Positions 38,548 to 47,378 of a stretch of 64,000 nucleotides of DNA are shown here, piece after piece. The stretch lies in the NCBI GenBank assembly GCA_002746535.1, contig NVWA01000005.1:22047-86046 (forward strand), read 5' to 3'. A program made the position numbers and the translations under genes. The DNA comes from Planctomycetota bacterium. Lineage in GTDB: Bacteria; Planctomycetota; GCA-2746535. The stretch's first letter is position 1, and every line of letters begins with the position of its first letter. Under the pieces are notes generated by a model. That model was not told where the DNA came from and searched no databases. It saw only the letters and a program-made list of their open reading frames with translations.

Positions 38548-40989
38548 TTAATCACTCAACTGCTTTATTTCAAGTAGGTTCTTTTTCAAGTTTGTATATT
38601 CTACTTTATTTAATTTAGTCCTTCTATCCGATAACATATGACATCTTTGTGCCTCTGTGTAAGACTTAGAGGCATTCTTGTACTCCTTTATTAATTTATA
38701 AAAATCTCCTAACTGCAAATGATAAGTCGCTTTTAAAGGATATAAATTGCATGCCTTCACAAAGGCTTCTATTATTAGATTTTTCTTTGCTAATAAATGT
38801 ATTAAATTATCAGCTTTTTCACTGTGTAATTGAGCTAGAAAAGGCTTCAACTCAATCATTTTATCGATATTTTTCAAACTACTCATTAATTGCTCTTGAG
38901 CTTTTGCTTTGGTATTATTTTGCATATATATTTGAGCTAGTTCTTTATGAACATTAACGAGATCTTTTCTTAGACCATAATTATTAGGCACTTCCATCAG
39001 TAGTTTTTCTAAAGCTAAAATTCTAAGCTTAGACTTTTTCTCAAAAGAAAAAGATTCACTACTTTTTTGCAGTTCCAAATCGATTAACTGATACTTGCTA
39101 ATAGCAAATGAGTTCTTTAAATCTACTTTTATAAAACAGAAATAAACAATTAAAATCACTAAGCATACGAATGCAGAAAAAACACTTACCATGCGGGTTT
39201 CTGACAAATCGATATAATCACTCTTCTTGGCAAAAGAAAAAAACTGTCTGCTGCATAATGATAATATCATTACAGTAGTCACTATGGCAGGGAAATGAAA
39301 TGTCATATCACCAAAAATCATTAAAACAAAAAAGGAAATTATAAACAGGCTAGAATAAAGCCCTACCATTGGATTAAAATTAAAAGTAAAAATCTCATCG
39401 CTAAAAATATTAAATATAAGATACAAAAGACTTACTAGACAAACAAAACTCAATAGAACTATTTCAATTTTATTTAGCTCATCAATATTAACCCAATTGC
39501 CAAAATCGAATATATTGGGTATAAAATAAAAAAAACAAATAAATAAAAAACTAATGAATAGGATCAATTGCCAAATTAAATATTTTTCAAACTTTAATGG
39601 TACAAACAATTTTTGGTTCAAAATCATCCTTGAAGCAATAATAATGATCAAACCAAATAGTTGCGAGACCACCAAGATGGAATCCAAATCATGTCCTGTA
39701 ATTTTCGGAATAAAATAATAGCTAAGAACTATGAAAACTAATAGCCCATGATAGACAAATGGCTCAAAGCCTAATTCTAAAGTTATTCTTTTTTTCGTTA
39801 TAATATTATTTTCTTCAGGTTTTATATTCACAAGTGTTTTTAAATAAAAAATTAATATCGAGGTAAACAAAATCAATCCAACAAAACCATATGAGATTAA
39901 AATAAAGATAAAATAATTATGTGGATTTCGGACTTCCCAGCCACTTTCAACTTTATACTGAGCATACCTCTCGCTGAAACCGCCAACACCAACACCAAAA
40001 ATATATTGAGAAGATTCAGCTATTATATCCCAACCGCCTTTCCAATAATCAATTCGAACTTTAAAGGATAAAACATTTGGCGCAATTTTATATACGACAC
40101 CACAAGTTAAAACAATTAGGATCAGTGAAACAAACCAAAATGACCTTTTTAAAAACAATCCACTTCTATTCCAAAAATAAATATAGATCGTAAAACACAT
40201 TGAGGCAATCGCAGAAACCCAGACACCTTTTGCATCTGTGACCCAAAGATCAAATAATGCTGGCAAGATGCCGATAACAATAAAAATTAAAAATATTAAA
40301 AGGTATTTCCTGAAAAATGATTTAAAAACATAAAACAACATAAAGGTGTTGATTAGATGCAATACCATAAACATTCCAAATGCATTGGGATAAATAAAAG
40401 TGCCATGTGGCAACATTCCTTCAACTCTATCCATAATCATAGGTATTTGCATACCTAGGTTATAGGAAAACAAAATATTTGGATCCGCCAGTATCTCGCT
40501 TTTTAAAAAGGGAGATGAAATTAATCGTTGATACAATCCCGCATAAGCTTGAAATAGCCCCTGAACATATAGTAATACCAAAAAGATCACTTTTGTATTT
40601 GTATGTCTCATGGACTGCAGTACACTAAAACACAATAATAATAATACTAAAAATTGAATTAAATAAAGATGACCTGATAAATATTGATGACTTAGAAAGT
40701 AATGACCCACACAAAAGACACTAAAAAATAAAATTAATATTCCAGCTGTTTTGTAGGGGAAATAAATAGATTTATGTTGATAGCAGACCAATGCGCTGAT
40801 AAAAAAAGTGAACAGCACAAGCGCATTATATAAGCTTTCAGTTAGGTCTGATTCTAATCTAATCGAAACAACAATTAATGGCTGAAGAATGATTAAAAAA
40901 GAAACAAGTATTAAATGAACTTTATCAAATCTACTGCTACTAATTTCAATGTCATGAAGTTCATTAGTATCCATTAAAAATAAACTCAA
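38548..40989 (-). CDS. O-antigen ligase / O-oligosaccharyltransferase-family polytopic membrane protein with a C-terminal TPR-like region
   Basis: GTFIYPNAFG, TDAKG, RIDYW, GVGVGGF and Wzy_C-type NPHNYF; many TM segments; helical tail YPLKATYHLQLGDFY. Confidence 0.8.
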   Translation of the reverse strand: MSLFLMDTNELHDIEISSSRFDKVHLILVSFLIILQPLIVVSIRLESDLTESLYNALVLFTFFISALVCYQHKSIYFPYKTAGILILFFSVFCVGHYFLSHQYLSGHLYLIQFLVLLLLCFSVLQSMRHTNTKVIFLVLLYVQGLFQAYAGLYQRLISSPFLKSEILADPNILFSYNLGMQIPMIMDRVEGMLPHGTFIYPNAFGMFMVLHLINTFMLFYVFKSFFRKYLLIFLIFIVIGILPALFDLWVTDAKGVWVSAIASMCFTIYIYFWNRSGLFLKRSFWFVSLILIVLTCGVVYKIAPNVLSFKVRIDYWKGGWDIIAESSQYIFGVGVGGFSERYAQYKVESGWEVRNPHNYFIFILISYGFVGLILFTSILIFYLKTLVNIKPEENNIITKKRITLELGFEPFVYHGLLVFIVLSYYFIPKITGHDLDSILVVSQLFGLIIIIASRMILNQKLFVPLKFEKYLIWQLILFISFLFICFFYFIPNIFDFGNWVNIDELNKIEIVLLSFVCLVSLLYLIFNIFSDEIFTFNFNPMVGLYSSLFIISFFVLMIFGDMTFHFPAIVTTVMILSLCSRQFFSFAKKSDYIDLSETRMVSVFSAFVCLVILIVYFCFIKVDLKNSFAISKYQLIDLELQKSSESFSFEKKSKLRILALEKLLMEVPNNYGLRKDLVNVHKELAQIYMQNNTKAKAQEQLMSSLKNIDKMIELKPFLAQLHSEKADNLIHLLAKKNLIIEAFVKACNLYPLKATYHLQLGDFYKLIKEYKNASKSYTEAQRCHMLSDRRTKLNKVEYTNLKKNLLEIKQLSD

Positions 40990-41033
40990 AATTAAATTCT
41001 GGTATCAACAAACTATTTAGCTCTAACATATTT

Positions 41034-42134
41034 TTATTTATCTTTTTTATTTTTAGTATTTCTTCCAGCATTTTCTAAAATCACCACTATTAAAAATATC
41101 ATCAATGCTTGTACAGCTAAAACTGTTCCTTGAAATAACGTCATTGTTTGCATAAAAATGGCCGATATTCCAATGCTAATGCATAATAAATAAATCACTA
41201 GAACTGCTTGATGTTTCGTTAGTCCTAAATCAACCAACCGATGACTAAAATGATTCTTGTCACCAATAAAAAACGGTTTTTTTCTTTTCCATCTAATTAT
41301 CATGACTGATATTGTGTCAAAGATAGGAATACACTGAACAAAAACGGGTAACAATATCGCTAGCTTCGATGGCTTGCCTCCATCGAGATTATAGAACGTA
41401 GGCAAAATCGTTAAGACAGCTAAAAAGAAGCCTATTAATAAGGAACCTGAATCACCTAAAAATATTTTTGCTGGTGAATAATTAAATACCCAAAATCCGG
41501 CCATCGCTCCTATAAAAACTAAAATTAATGCTGCAATAAAAAGTTCTCCGGATTGCAAAGTAACAACTAACAAAAGGAGTGCCGATATAATTGCCACACC
41601 TGAAGACAGTCCATCCATATTGTCTAAAAGATTATAAGCATTGGTTAATGCGACAATCCATATAGCTGTCAGAAACCAATGAAAAACTGGTTCAGAAATA
41701 AATGCTGTAATTTTTGTTCCTGAATAAATGACAATTCCTGCAGCTAAAAATTGCAATATTAATTTAAGTTTTGCCCCAAGGTTTTTAACATCATCAACTA
41801 GACCAATCATAAAAATGATAGAAGCTCCAATAAAAATTCCAACCAACTGCTTTATTACGGCCGAATTTTCTAACCCACTCAAATGCCTTTGAATATGTTC
41901 TGGCAATTTGTTTTCTGGAATAAAATGAAGGCACAACCAAAACACCCCCAGAGAAATAATCATGGAGGCGAAAATGGCGACTCCACCTCCATATGGAATG
42001 GGTTTGGAGTGACTTTTACGCTCATCGGGAAGGTCATAGAACCCAATTTTAGGCGAGACAATTAGTGCCAATGACGTTAAACACAATGACAGGGCAAAGG
42101 CAAAAATAAATATATAAAAAAAGGTTTCTACCAT
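41034..42134 (-). CDS. WecA/MraY-family (glycosyltransferase 4) polyprenyl-phosphate HexNAc-1-P transferase
   Basis: DLPDERKSH..PIPYGGG, IGLVDD, NAYNLLDNMDGL, FNYSPAKIFLGDSGS and GDKNHFSHRL. Confidence 0.9.
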   Translation of the reverse strand: MVETFFYIFIFAFALSLCLTSLALIVSPKIGFYDLPDERKSHSKPIPYGGGVAIFASMIISLGVFWLCLHFIPENKLPEHIQRHLSGLENSAVIKQLVGIFIGASIIFMIGLVDDVKNLGAKLKLILQFLAAGIVIYSGTKITAFISEPVFHWFLTAIWIVALTNAYNLLDNMDGLSSGVAIISALLLLVVTLQSGELFIAALILVFIGAMAGFWVFNYSPAKIFLGDSGSLLIGFFLAVLTILPTFYNLDGGKPSKLAILLPVFVQCIPIFDTISVMIIRWKRKKPFFIGDKNHFSHRLVDLGLTKHQAVLVIYLLCISIGISAIFMQTMTLFQGTVLAVQALMIFLIVVILENAGRNTKNKKDK

Positions 42135-42342
42135 GAATTTCCGGTTTTCAAAAAGACGTCTTCTGATCTAGCGTTCATTCTAAAAATAAATGTCATTTTG
42201 AAAATTTCAAAATTGTGAATTACAACAATTTTTATGATTTTAAAGTAATTAATTCAATGCAATTGTACTTGTTTGATGTGTATTGATGATTAAAATATCC
42301 GGCTTTTTTCCTTCTAATAGGTGACAATTCTAGAGTCGAAAC

Positions 42343-42720
42343 ATGATAGTAGGAACGGGAATTGACATTGTGGAAATTAGTCGAATAGAAAAAAGTATGG
42401 AAAAATTTGGTCAAAAGTTTTTAGATAAGATTTTAACTAAAAAAGAAATGGAATACTGTCAAACCATGCGAAATCCTACTCCAACATTAGCAGGTAGATT
42501 TGCTGCTAAAGAAGCTGCTGTTAAAGCATTGGGGACAGGGATTCAAAATGGAGTGAGTTGGAAAGATATTGAAATAGAAAATAATGAACTGGGAAAACCG
42601 GTTCTTCGTTTCTATGACAAAGCAAAAGAAATAGCCGATAAACTATTAGCTATAAACTATTTTATTAGCATCAGTCATTCTAAAGAAAATGCTGTTGCTT
42701 TCGTAATACTTGAAAAATAA
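42343..42720 (+). CDS. acpS: Holo-ACP synthase
   Basis: GTGIDIVEISRI, AGRFAAKEAAVKALGTG and ISISHS. Confidence 0.97.
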   Translation: MIVGTGIDIVEISRIEKSMEKFGQKFLDKILTKKEMEYCQTMRNPTPTLAGRFAAKEAAVKALGTGIQNGVSWKDIEIENNELGKPVLRFYDKAKEIADKLLAINYFISISHSKENAVAFVILEK

Positions 42721-42740
42721 ATTTAGGAGTTTTAATTAGT

Positions 42741-44483
42741 ATGGAACAAATGACACCCGCAGCAGTTATTCGAAAAAATGCCCCCTTTCTGATGATCATA
42801 TCAGGTATTTTAATGGCCTTCACTATCGGTTCGATGGGACCAACAAGTTGTTTGAATGCAGAGAGTGGTTCTCTTAATTTACCCAACTGGGATGATGAAA
42901 TTTCTCGTGAAGAACAAGTTGAATATCATGATCAAAATGCATTTGAGATGAACTATCAACTCTCAAGGATTCCAGAACAATATAAGGATAGATTTAGAAA
43001 CATTCTATTGGGCGAATTTCAAAATAAACTTGTACTTTTAAAAGATGCACAAAGGAAAAAGATTTTAGCTACCAAAGATGAAATCCGAGAAAAGATTAAG
43101 AAATCGCCACAATTTCAAGATGATAAAGAAGACTTTGATATTAAAAAATATTATTCTTTTTTAGGTTATGCTTATCAACAAAAGAAGACTTCTGCAGAAA
43201 GAGCCGAACTTTACGAAGGTAAAATTAAAAATGAAATAATTTTAGATAAATTAAAAAGCAAAGTAATTGAAAAAGTTAGCATTTCAGATGATGAAATTAA
43301 AACTGTATTTCACGATAAATTCGACACCCTAAACTATGAGTTCATTAAATTTGATGTTGATTTTAAAAATTCTAAAAATCCTACCGAAAAAGACATTAAA
43401 GATTTATATGAAACCGTTAAATCCCAATCTGAGTACATGAGTGAAAGACAAGCAAAAATCTCCTATGCTTTCTTCCCTTTCTCAAAATACGAAGGAGCTA
43501 TCAAGATTTCAGATCAAGAAATAAAGAAATATTATGATGATAATAAAAAGAAGTACATCATTAAGGAATTTACACTCACAAAAGTAAATAAGAAGAAAAA
43601 GAAATCTAAGAAAAAGAAGAAGGAAAAAAAGAAAAAAGAAAAAACCGTAAAGTATAAGCCCCTTGAAAAAGTAAAAGAAAGTATTCGCAAAGAACTAAAA
43701 ATATCTAAATCTAAAAAAATTGCCTATGAAGCTGTTACAACAATCAATAAAACTTTAAGTAGCAAACCTGATGTAAGTACCGATCCTGCTAAAAACAATT
43801 TTGTTGATTTGGAAAAAAACTTCAAACTCAACAAACCTGCCAACGGAGAATTTGGAATTTCAGAATATTTCAGTATACAAAAAGGCGGTGTAGAACTAAC
43901 CAAAATTATGGGTGACACGACTACCTTAAGAGATGTAGCTTTCACCAAAATCGATAACAAATCCATTGCAAGACTGACCATGCCAAAGGGTGAGTTACTT
44001 TATAAACTAAGTAAAGAAAATGTTAAAGAACCGATACCACTAAAACTTGAACAAGTTCAAGATAAACTCATCACACAAATCAAACAAGATAATGGTTGGG
44101 ACGAAGCTAAGAAAAAAGCTGAAAAATTTGTCAAAATTTGTGAATCCGAAGGATGGAAGAAAACGGCTGATGTTCAAAAGTTGAAACCAATCCCTTCATC
44201 AGCTGATATTAGTAAGGCAAAAGGCCAAGAATTAACAATAGTTAAAGAAATAATAAGTAAGAAAGTCGCTGAAGGAAAATTTGCAATAGTCAAAAGAGAT
44301 CAGTTAGATAAATTTTATCTCGCCGTAATGTTTCAGTCTCGAAAAGCACCCGATGAAAAAATATATACGAAAGAGAGCCCAGTAATAAAAACAGAATTAA
44401 AAGAGAAAAAAATTGCAGACACTTGGCAATTGTATAGCAAAAACATTCAAGAGGTTGCTGGCATAAAAGGCAATAAAGAATAA
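42741..44483 (+). CDS. SurA-N-terminal / PpiD-like membrane-anchored periplasmic chaperone
   Basis: N-terminal TM, then VSISDDEIK, KISDQEIKKYYDDNK and two KPLEKVKESI / LEQVQDKL elements. No clear parvulin ASHIL motif. Confidence 0.65.
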   Translation: MEQMTPAAVIRKNAPFLMIISGILMAFTIGSMGPTSCLNAESGSLNLPNWDDEISREEQVEYHDQNAFEMNYQLSRIPEQYKDRFRNILLGEFQNKLVLLKDAQRKKILATKDEIREKIKKSPQFQDDKEDFDIKKYYSFLGYAYQQKKTSAERAELYEGKIKNEIILDKLKSKVIEKVSISDDEIKTVFHDKFDTLNYEFIKFDVDFKNSKNPTEKDIKDLYETVKSQSEYMSERQAKISYAFFPFSKYEGAIKISDQEIKKYYDDNKKKYIIKEFTLTKVNKKKKKSKKKKKEKKKKEKTVKYKPLEKVKESIRKELKISKSKKIAYEAVTTINKTLSSKPDVSTDPAKNNFVDLEKNFKLNKPANGEFGISEYFSIQKGGVELTKIMGDTTTLRDVAFTKIDNKSIARLTMPKGELLYKLSKENVKEPIPLKLEQVQDKLITQIKQDNGWDEAKKKAEKFVKICESEGWKKTADVQKLKPIPSSADISKAKGQELTIVKEIISKKVAEGKFAIVKRDQLDKFYLAVMFQSRKAPDEKIYTKESPVIKTELKEKKIADTWQLYSKNIQEVAGIKGNKE

Positions 44484-44490
44484 ATTCCAA

Positions 44491-45021
44491 ATGAATCCTA
44501 ATTCATATAAATTATTTTTGGATGCTGTGCACTCTACTCACATAATTAGAGAGAGAAAAAATGATTTATTCACTTTTGGCAATACGAAACTCCCCTATAC
44601 GTTAGTTGCGGATTCAGCAATTAATAAAGGTAGCAGTATTGTCAGAACCGGTGAAGTCGTCGTAGAAAAACCTCAAATAGTAATCGCAAATGGAGACAAT
44701 TCTGTTTTTGAAGGGTTTGACCTCGAAGATGATTCCATAGATTTAAATCAAGTTCGTTTTGCACTTATGAGCCGCGGAATTTCATTTCCGCAGATGAACT
44801 ACAAAAACTCTACCAATCATCTTGAGGTATTGAATGATAAGAGCAAAGTAATTATAGATCGAATGATGAATGACTTTGAAGATGAAAATGATTCTAGATC
44901 TGCTCTAATTCAATGCCGGGAAGATTTATGGGGCTTATCACTATTTCATTACGTTTTGGGACAAGTGATTAAATCTTCAAGTTCTAATATAAAAGAATAC
45001 ATGGAAAGATTTAACTTATAA
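44491..45021 (+). CDS. Hypothetical protein (176 aa)
   Basis: Clean ORF 7 nt after the previous stop; FTFGNTKLPY...VRTGEVVVEKP looks like a conserved globular protein, but no function is recognised. Confidence 0.7.
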   Translation: MNPNSYKLFLDAVHSTHIIRERKNDLFTFGNTKLPYTLVADSAINKGSSIVRTGEVVVEKPQIVIANGDNSVFEGFDLEDDSIDLNQVRFALMSRGISFPQMNYKNSTNHLEVLNDKSKVIIDRMMNDFEDENDSRSALIQCREDLWGLSLFHYVLGQVIKSSSSNIKEYMERFNL

Positions 45022-45050
45022 TCTATAAGTTTATCTGGAAAAATGAATCA

Positions 45051-47330
45051 TTACTCATCCCATTCAATTATAAATGGCAATAATGTGTCAGGAGGTTTCG
45101 AAATCCATCTATTAAAAGAATTTATTGCATACACTCTATCTTTAGTATTTCGATCATCCTCTATTTTGTAAACATTATCCACATCAACATATTCACCCGT
45201 AGACCATTTAAAGGTATTATTCTTCTCTTCTAATCCCATCCAATGATAATATCCCATCCGTTCAATTAATTTTTCATCACTTTCAAATTTTTCCACAATT
45301 GAAATTAAATGGCCACCAAATTTTTTACAAAACTTATGAGCATCCTTTAAATTTAAAAAGACTGGCACACTTAAGTAGTAATGATCTCTTTTTTTAACAG
45401 CAAATTGTTTTAAATTTGCCTTATCGCCTTTTTTCAATTCTATCAATATATCTAAATTCATTTTATGAAGTTCATATTCTTCTTTAGACCAATTTGCTCT
45501 CAATGATTCAATGTATTTATTATCCAATTCATCTATAGTAAAATAAAATCTTTTGGGAGGTTTTTCAGCAAAACTCCCTAAAGATTTCAACGGATTATTA
45601 ACACATAAAAGTAAATTCAATTTTTCTAAATTGGACAAATGCTCCAATGATTCAATTTTATTGTTATTTAAATCTAAACTCACCAATAATTCTGCTTTCT
45701 GAATTGGCTCAATATTTGAAATTAAATTATCTCCCAAGTACAAATTCTTTATGGTTTTAAAATTAATTGGCGTGAGATCTTCGATTTGATTATGATTTAA
45801 ATACAATGAAACTAGTGACTCCAAAGGTTTAAGTTCCTCAATTTTCTTCAAATTATTAAACCGGAAATCTAAATACTTTAAATTCAAACAATCCTTTAAT
45901 AATTCTAGATTTTTCAAACCGCTATTACCAATATCAAGTTTGATCAATTCTTTACGGTTTATTCCATCCAAAGAACTAATTTTTGTGTCATTTAAAATTA
46001 AAGATTTAATTGCTATGTTTTTTAATTCCTTAAGGGTGGTTAATTTTTTATTAGAACTAACTCTCAAATAATCAATTTCTTTATATTTACTAAGTGGTAC
46101 TAAAGAGCTGATTTCATTGTCTTTAAAATCAAAATAAATTTTCTCAGCAACAATTTCAGTTTCATTTAAAAAGTCTATTGACTTCAAATGAGAGCTTATC
46201 AAATTTTTCTTTCTATCATGCGTATTTTGGACATACAGTTTCCAGAAAAAGTTCTGATACTCTGCGGATAAGTTATTTCCATAATTCGAATGAAGCAGAT
46301 CCTTCAAGCTTACTACTGTTCCTCCTCGAAAATTCTTATATTTTTTTATACACAGAGAGAAGTATTCTTTTGCTAGCTTAAAATCCCTTTGCATGAAAGC
46401 AGCTCTAGCTTTCAATAAAAGAATATCGTATTTATTTAACTTTCCCGTCACCTTATTTAAATGATACTCAACTCTTTTAAAATTATTTACAGATAATTCG
46501 AGGTTGGCTAACCTCATATTAATGATGTCATTTAACGGTACTTCTCGAGGATAAGCACTATGAATGTCATTATACATTGATCGAACTATATTAGCGTTCC
46601 TTCTATACTTAGAAGGGAAGTTAATTACTTTAGATAAAATCCTATCTGCTGTCACTATTTCAATATCATAATTTCTCATCTTCTTTTCGTAAACTTTAAT
46701 ATTCCAAAAACGCTTTCCTTTGCCATAAGCATAAATTCCATTCAGACGACCCGTTAAAAAATATTTGTTTTTGCAAGCTACTAATAAAACATCATTACAA
46801 TATAAACTTAAACTATCCCCCAATTTTTCAGCACGAATTTTATACACTTCACCAGAAACCAATTCATATGGTAATTTTGAAACAGAGAACTTATACATCA
46901 TGATTATGGCATACTTATTCCCTATTCCTCCTATTTGTAAGTCATATCGCTTCTCAAGTAATGGATCGCTTGCCATGATTATAGATAAATCACCCCCTGT
47001 TTCTAAAGCTTCTTTACTAGTAATAGAGGCATTAAACTCTATAGCATAGTCACCCACCAAGTTTTTTTTAAAAAGAATCACATGACCTTCGCTATCTCCT
47101 TTATCATTCTTTACTGCTTCAAGTTTTCCGTCAATAACTTTCCAATTACCAGATTTAACAATCCAGTTCTTAGCTAATTCTTTTTCATTTGTTGGAGTAT
47201 AATCTACAGGGTTGCCCCAAAAACTATCATAGGAAGCAATTTTAGATGACGTCTTAAATTGATTTGAATTTCCACATGATATAAACAAAAAAACACTGAT
47301 TATAATACTTAAGTAAAAAATCGGCTTCAT
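45051..47330 (-). CDS. Lipoprotein: lectin-like beta-sandwich, TPR-like helices, LRRs and C-type lectin-like domain (paralog 2)
   Basis: Lipobox FISC; about 22-aa LRRs (LVSLYLNHNQIEDL); C-terminus DAHKFCKKFGGHLISI...WMGL...FKWSTGE...FIIEW. Confidence 0.8.
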   Translation of the reverse strand: MKPIFYLSIIISVFLFISCGNSNQFKTSSKIASYDSFWGNPVDYTPTNEKELAKNWIVKSGNWKVIDGKLEAVKNDKGDSEGHVILFKKNLVGDYAIEFNASITSKEALETGGDLSIIMASDPLLEKRYDLQIGGIGNKYAIIMMYKFSVSKLPYELVSGEVYKIRAEKLGDSLSLYCNDVLLVACKNKYFLTGRLNGIYAYGKGKRFWNIKVYEKKMRNYDIEIVTADRILSKVINFPSKYRRNANIVRSMYNDIHSAYPREVPLNDIINMRLANLELSVNNFKRVEYHLNKVTGKLNKYDILLLKARAAFMQRDFKLAKEYFSLCIKKYKNFRGGTVVSLKDLLHSNYGNNLSAEYQNFFWKLYVQNTHDRKKNLISSHLKSIDFLNETEIVAEKIYFDFKDNEISSLVPLSKYKEIDYLRVSSNKKLTTLKELKNIAIKSLILNDTKISSLDGINRKELIKLDIGNSGLKNLELLKDCLNLKYLDFRFNNLKKIEELKPLESLVSLYLNHNQIEDLTPINFKTIKNLYLGDNLISNIEPIQKAELLVSLDLNNNKIESLEHLSNLEKLNLLLCVNNPLKSLGSFAEKPPKRFYFTIDELDNKYIESLRANWSKEEYELHKMNLDILIELKKGDKANLKQFAVKKRDHYYLSVPVFLNLKDAHKFCKKFGGHLISIVEKFESDEKLIERMGYYHWMGLEEKNNTFKWSTGEYVDVDNVYKIEDDRNTKDRVYAINSFNRWISKPPDTLLPFIIEWDE

Positions 47331-47378
47331 ATATTAACCTAAATTAAAATGTAGTTTTATATTTTAAATTGCGCTTAC

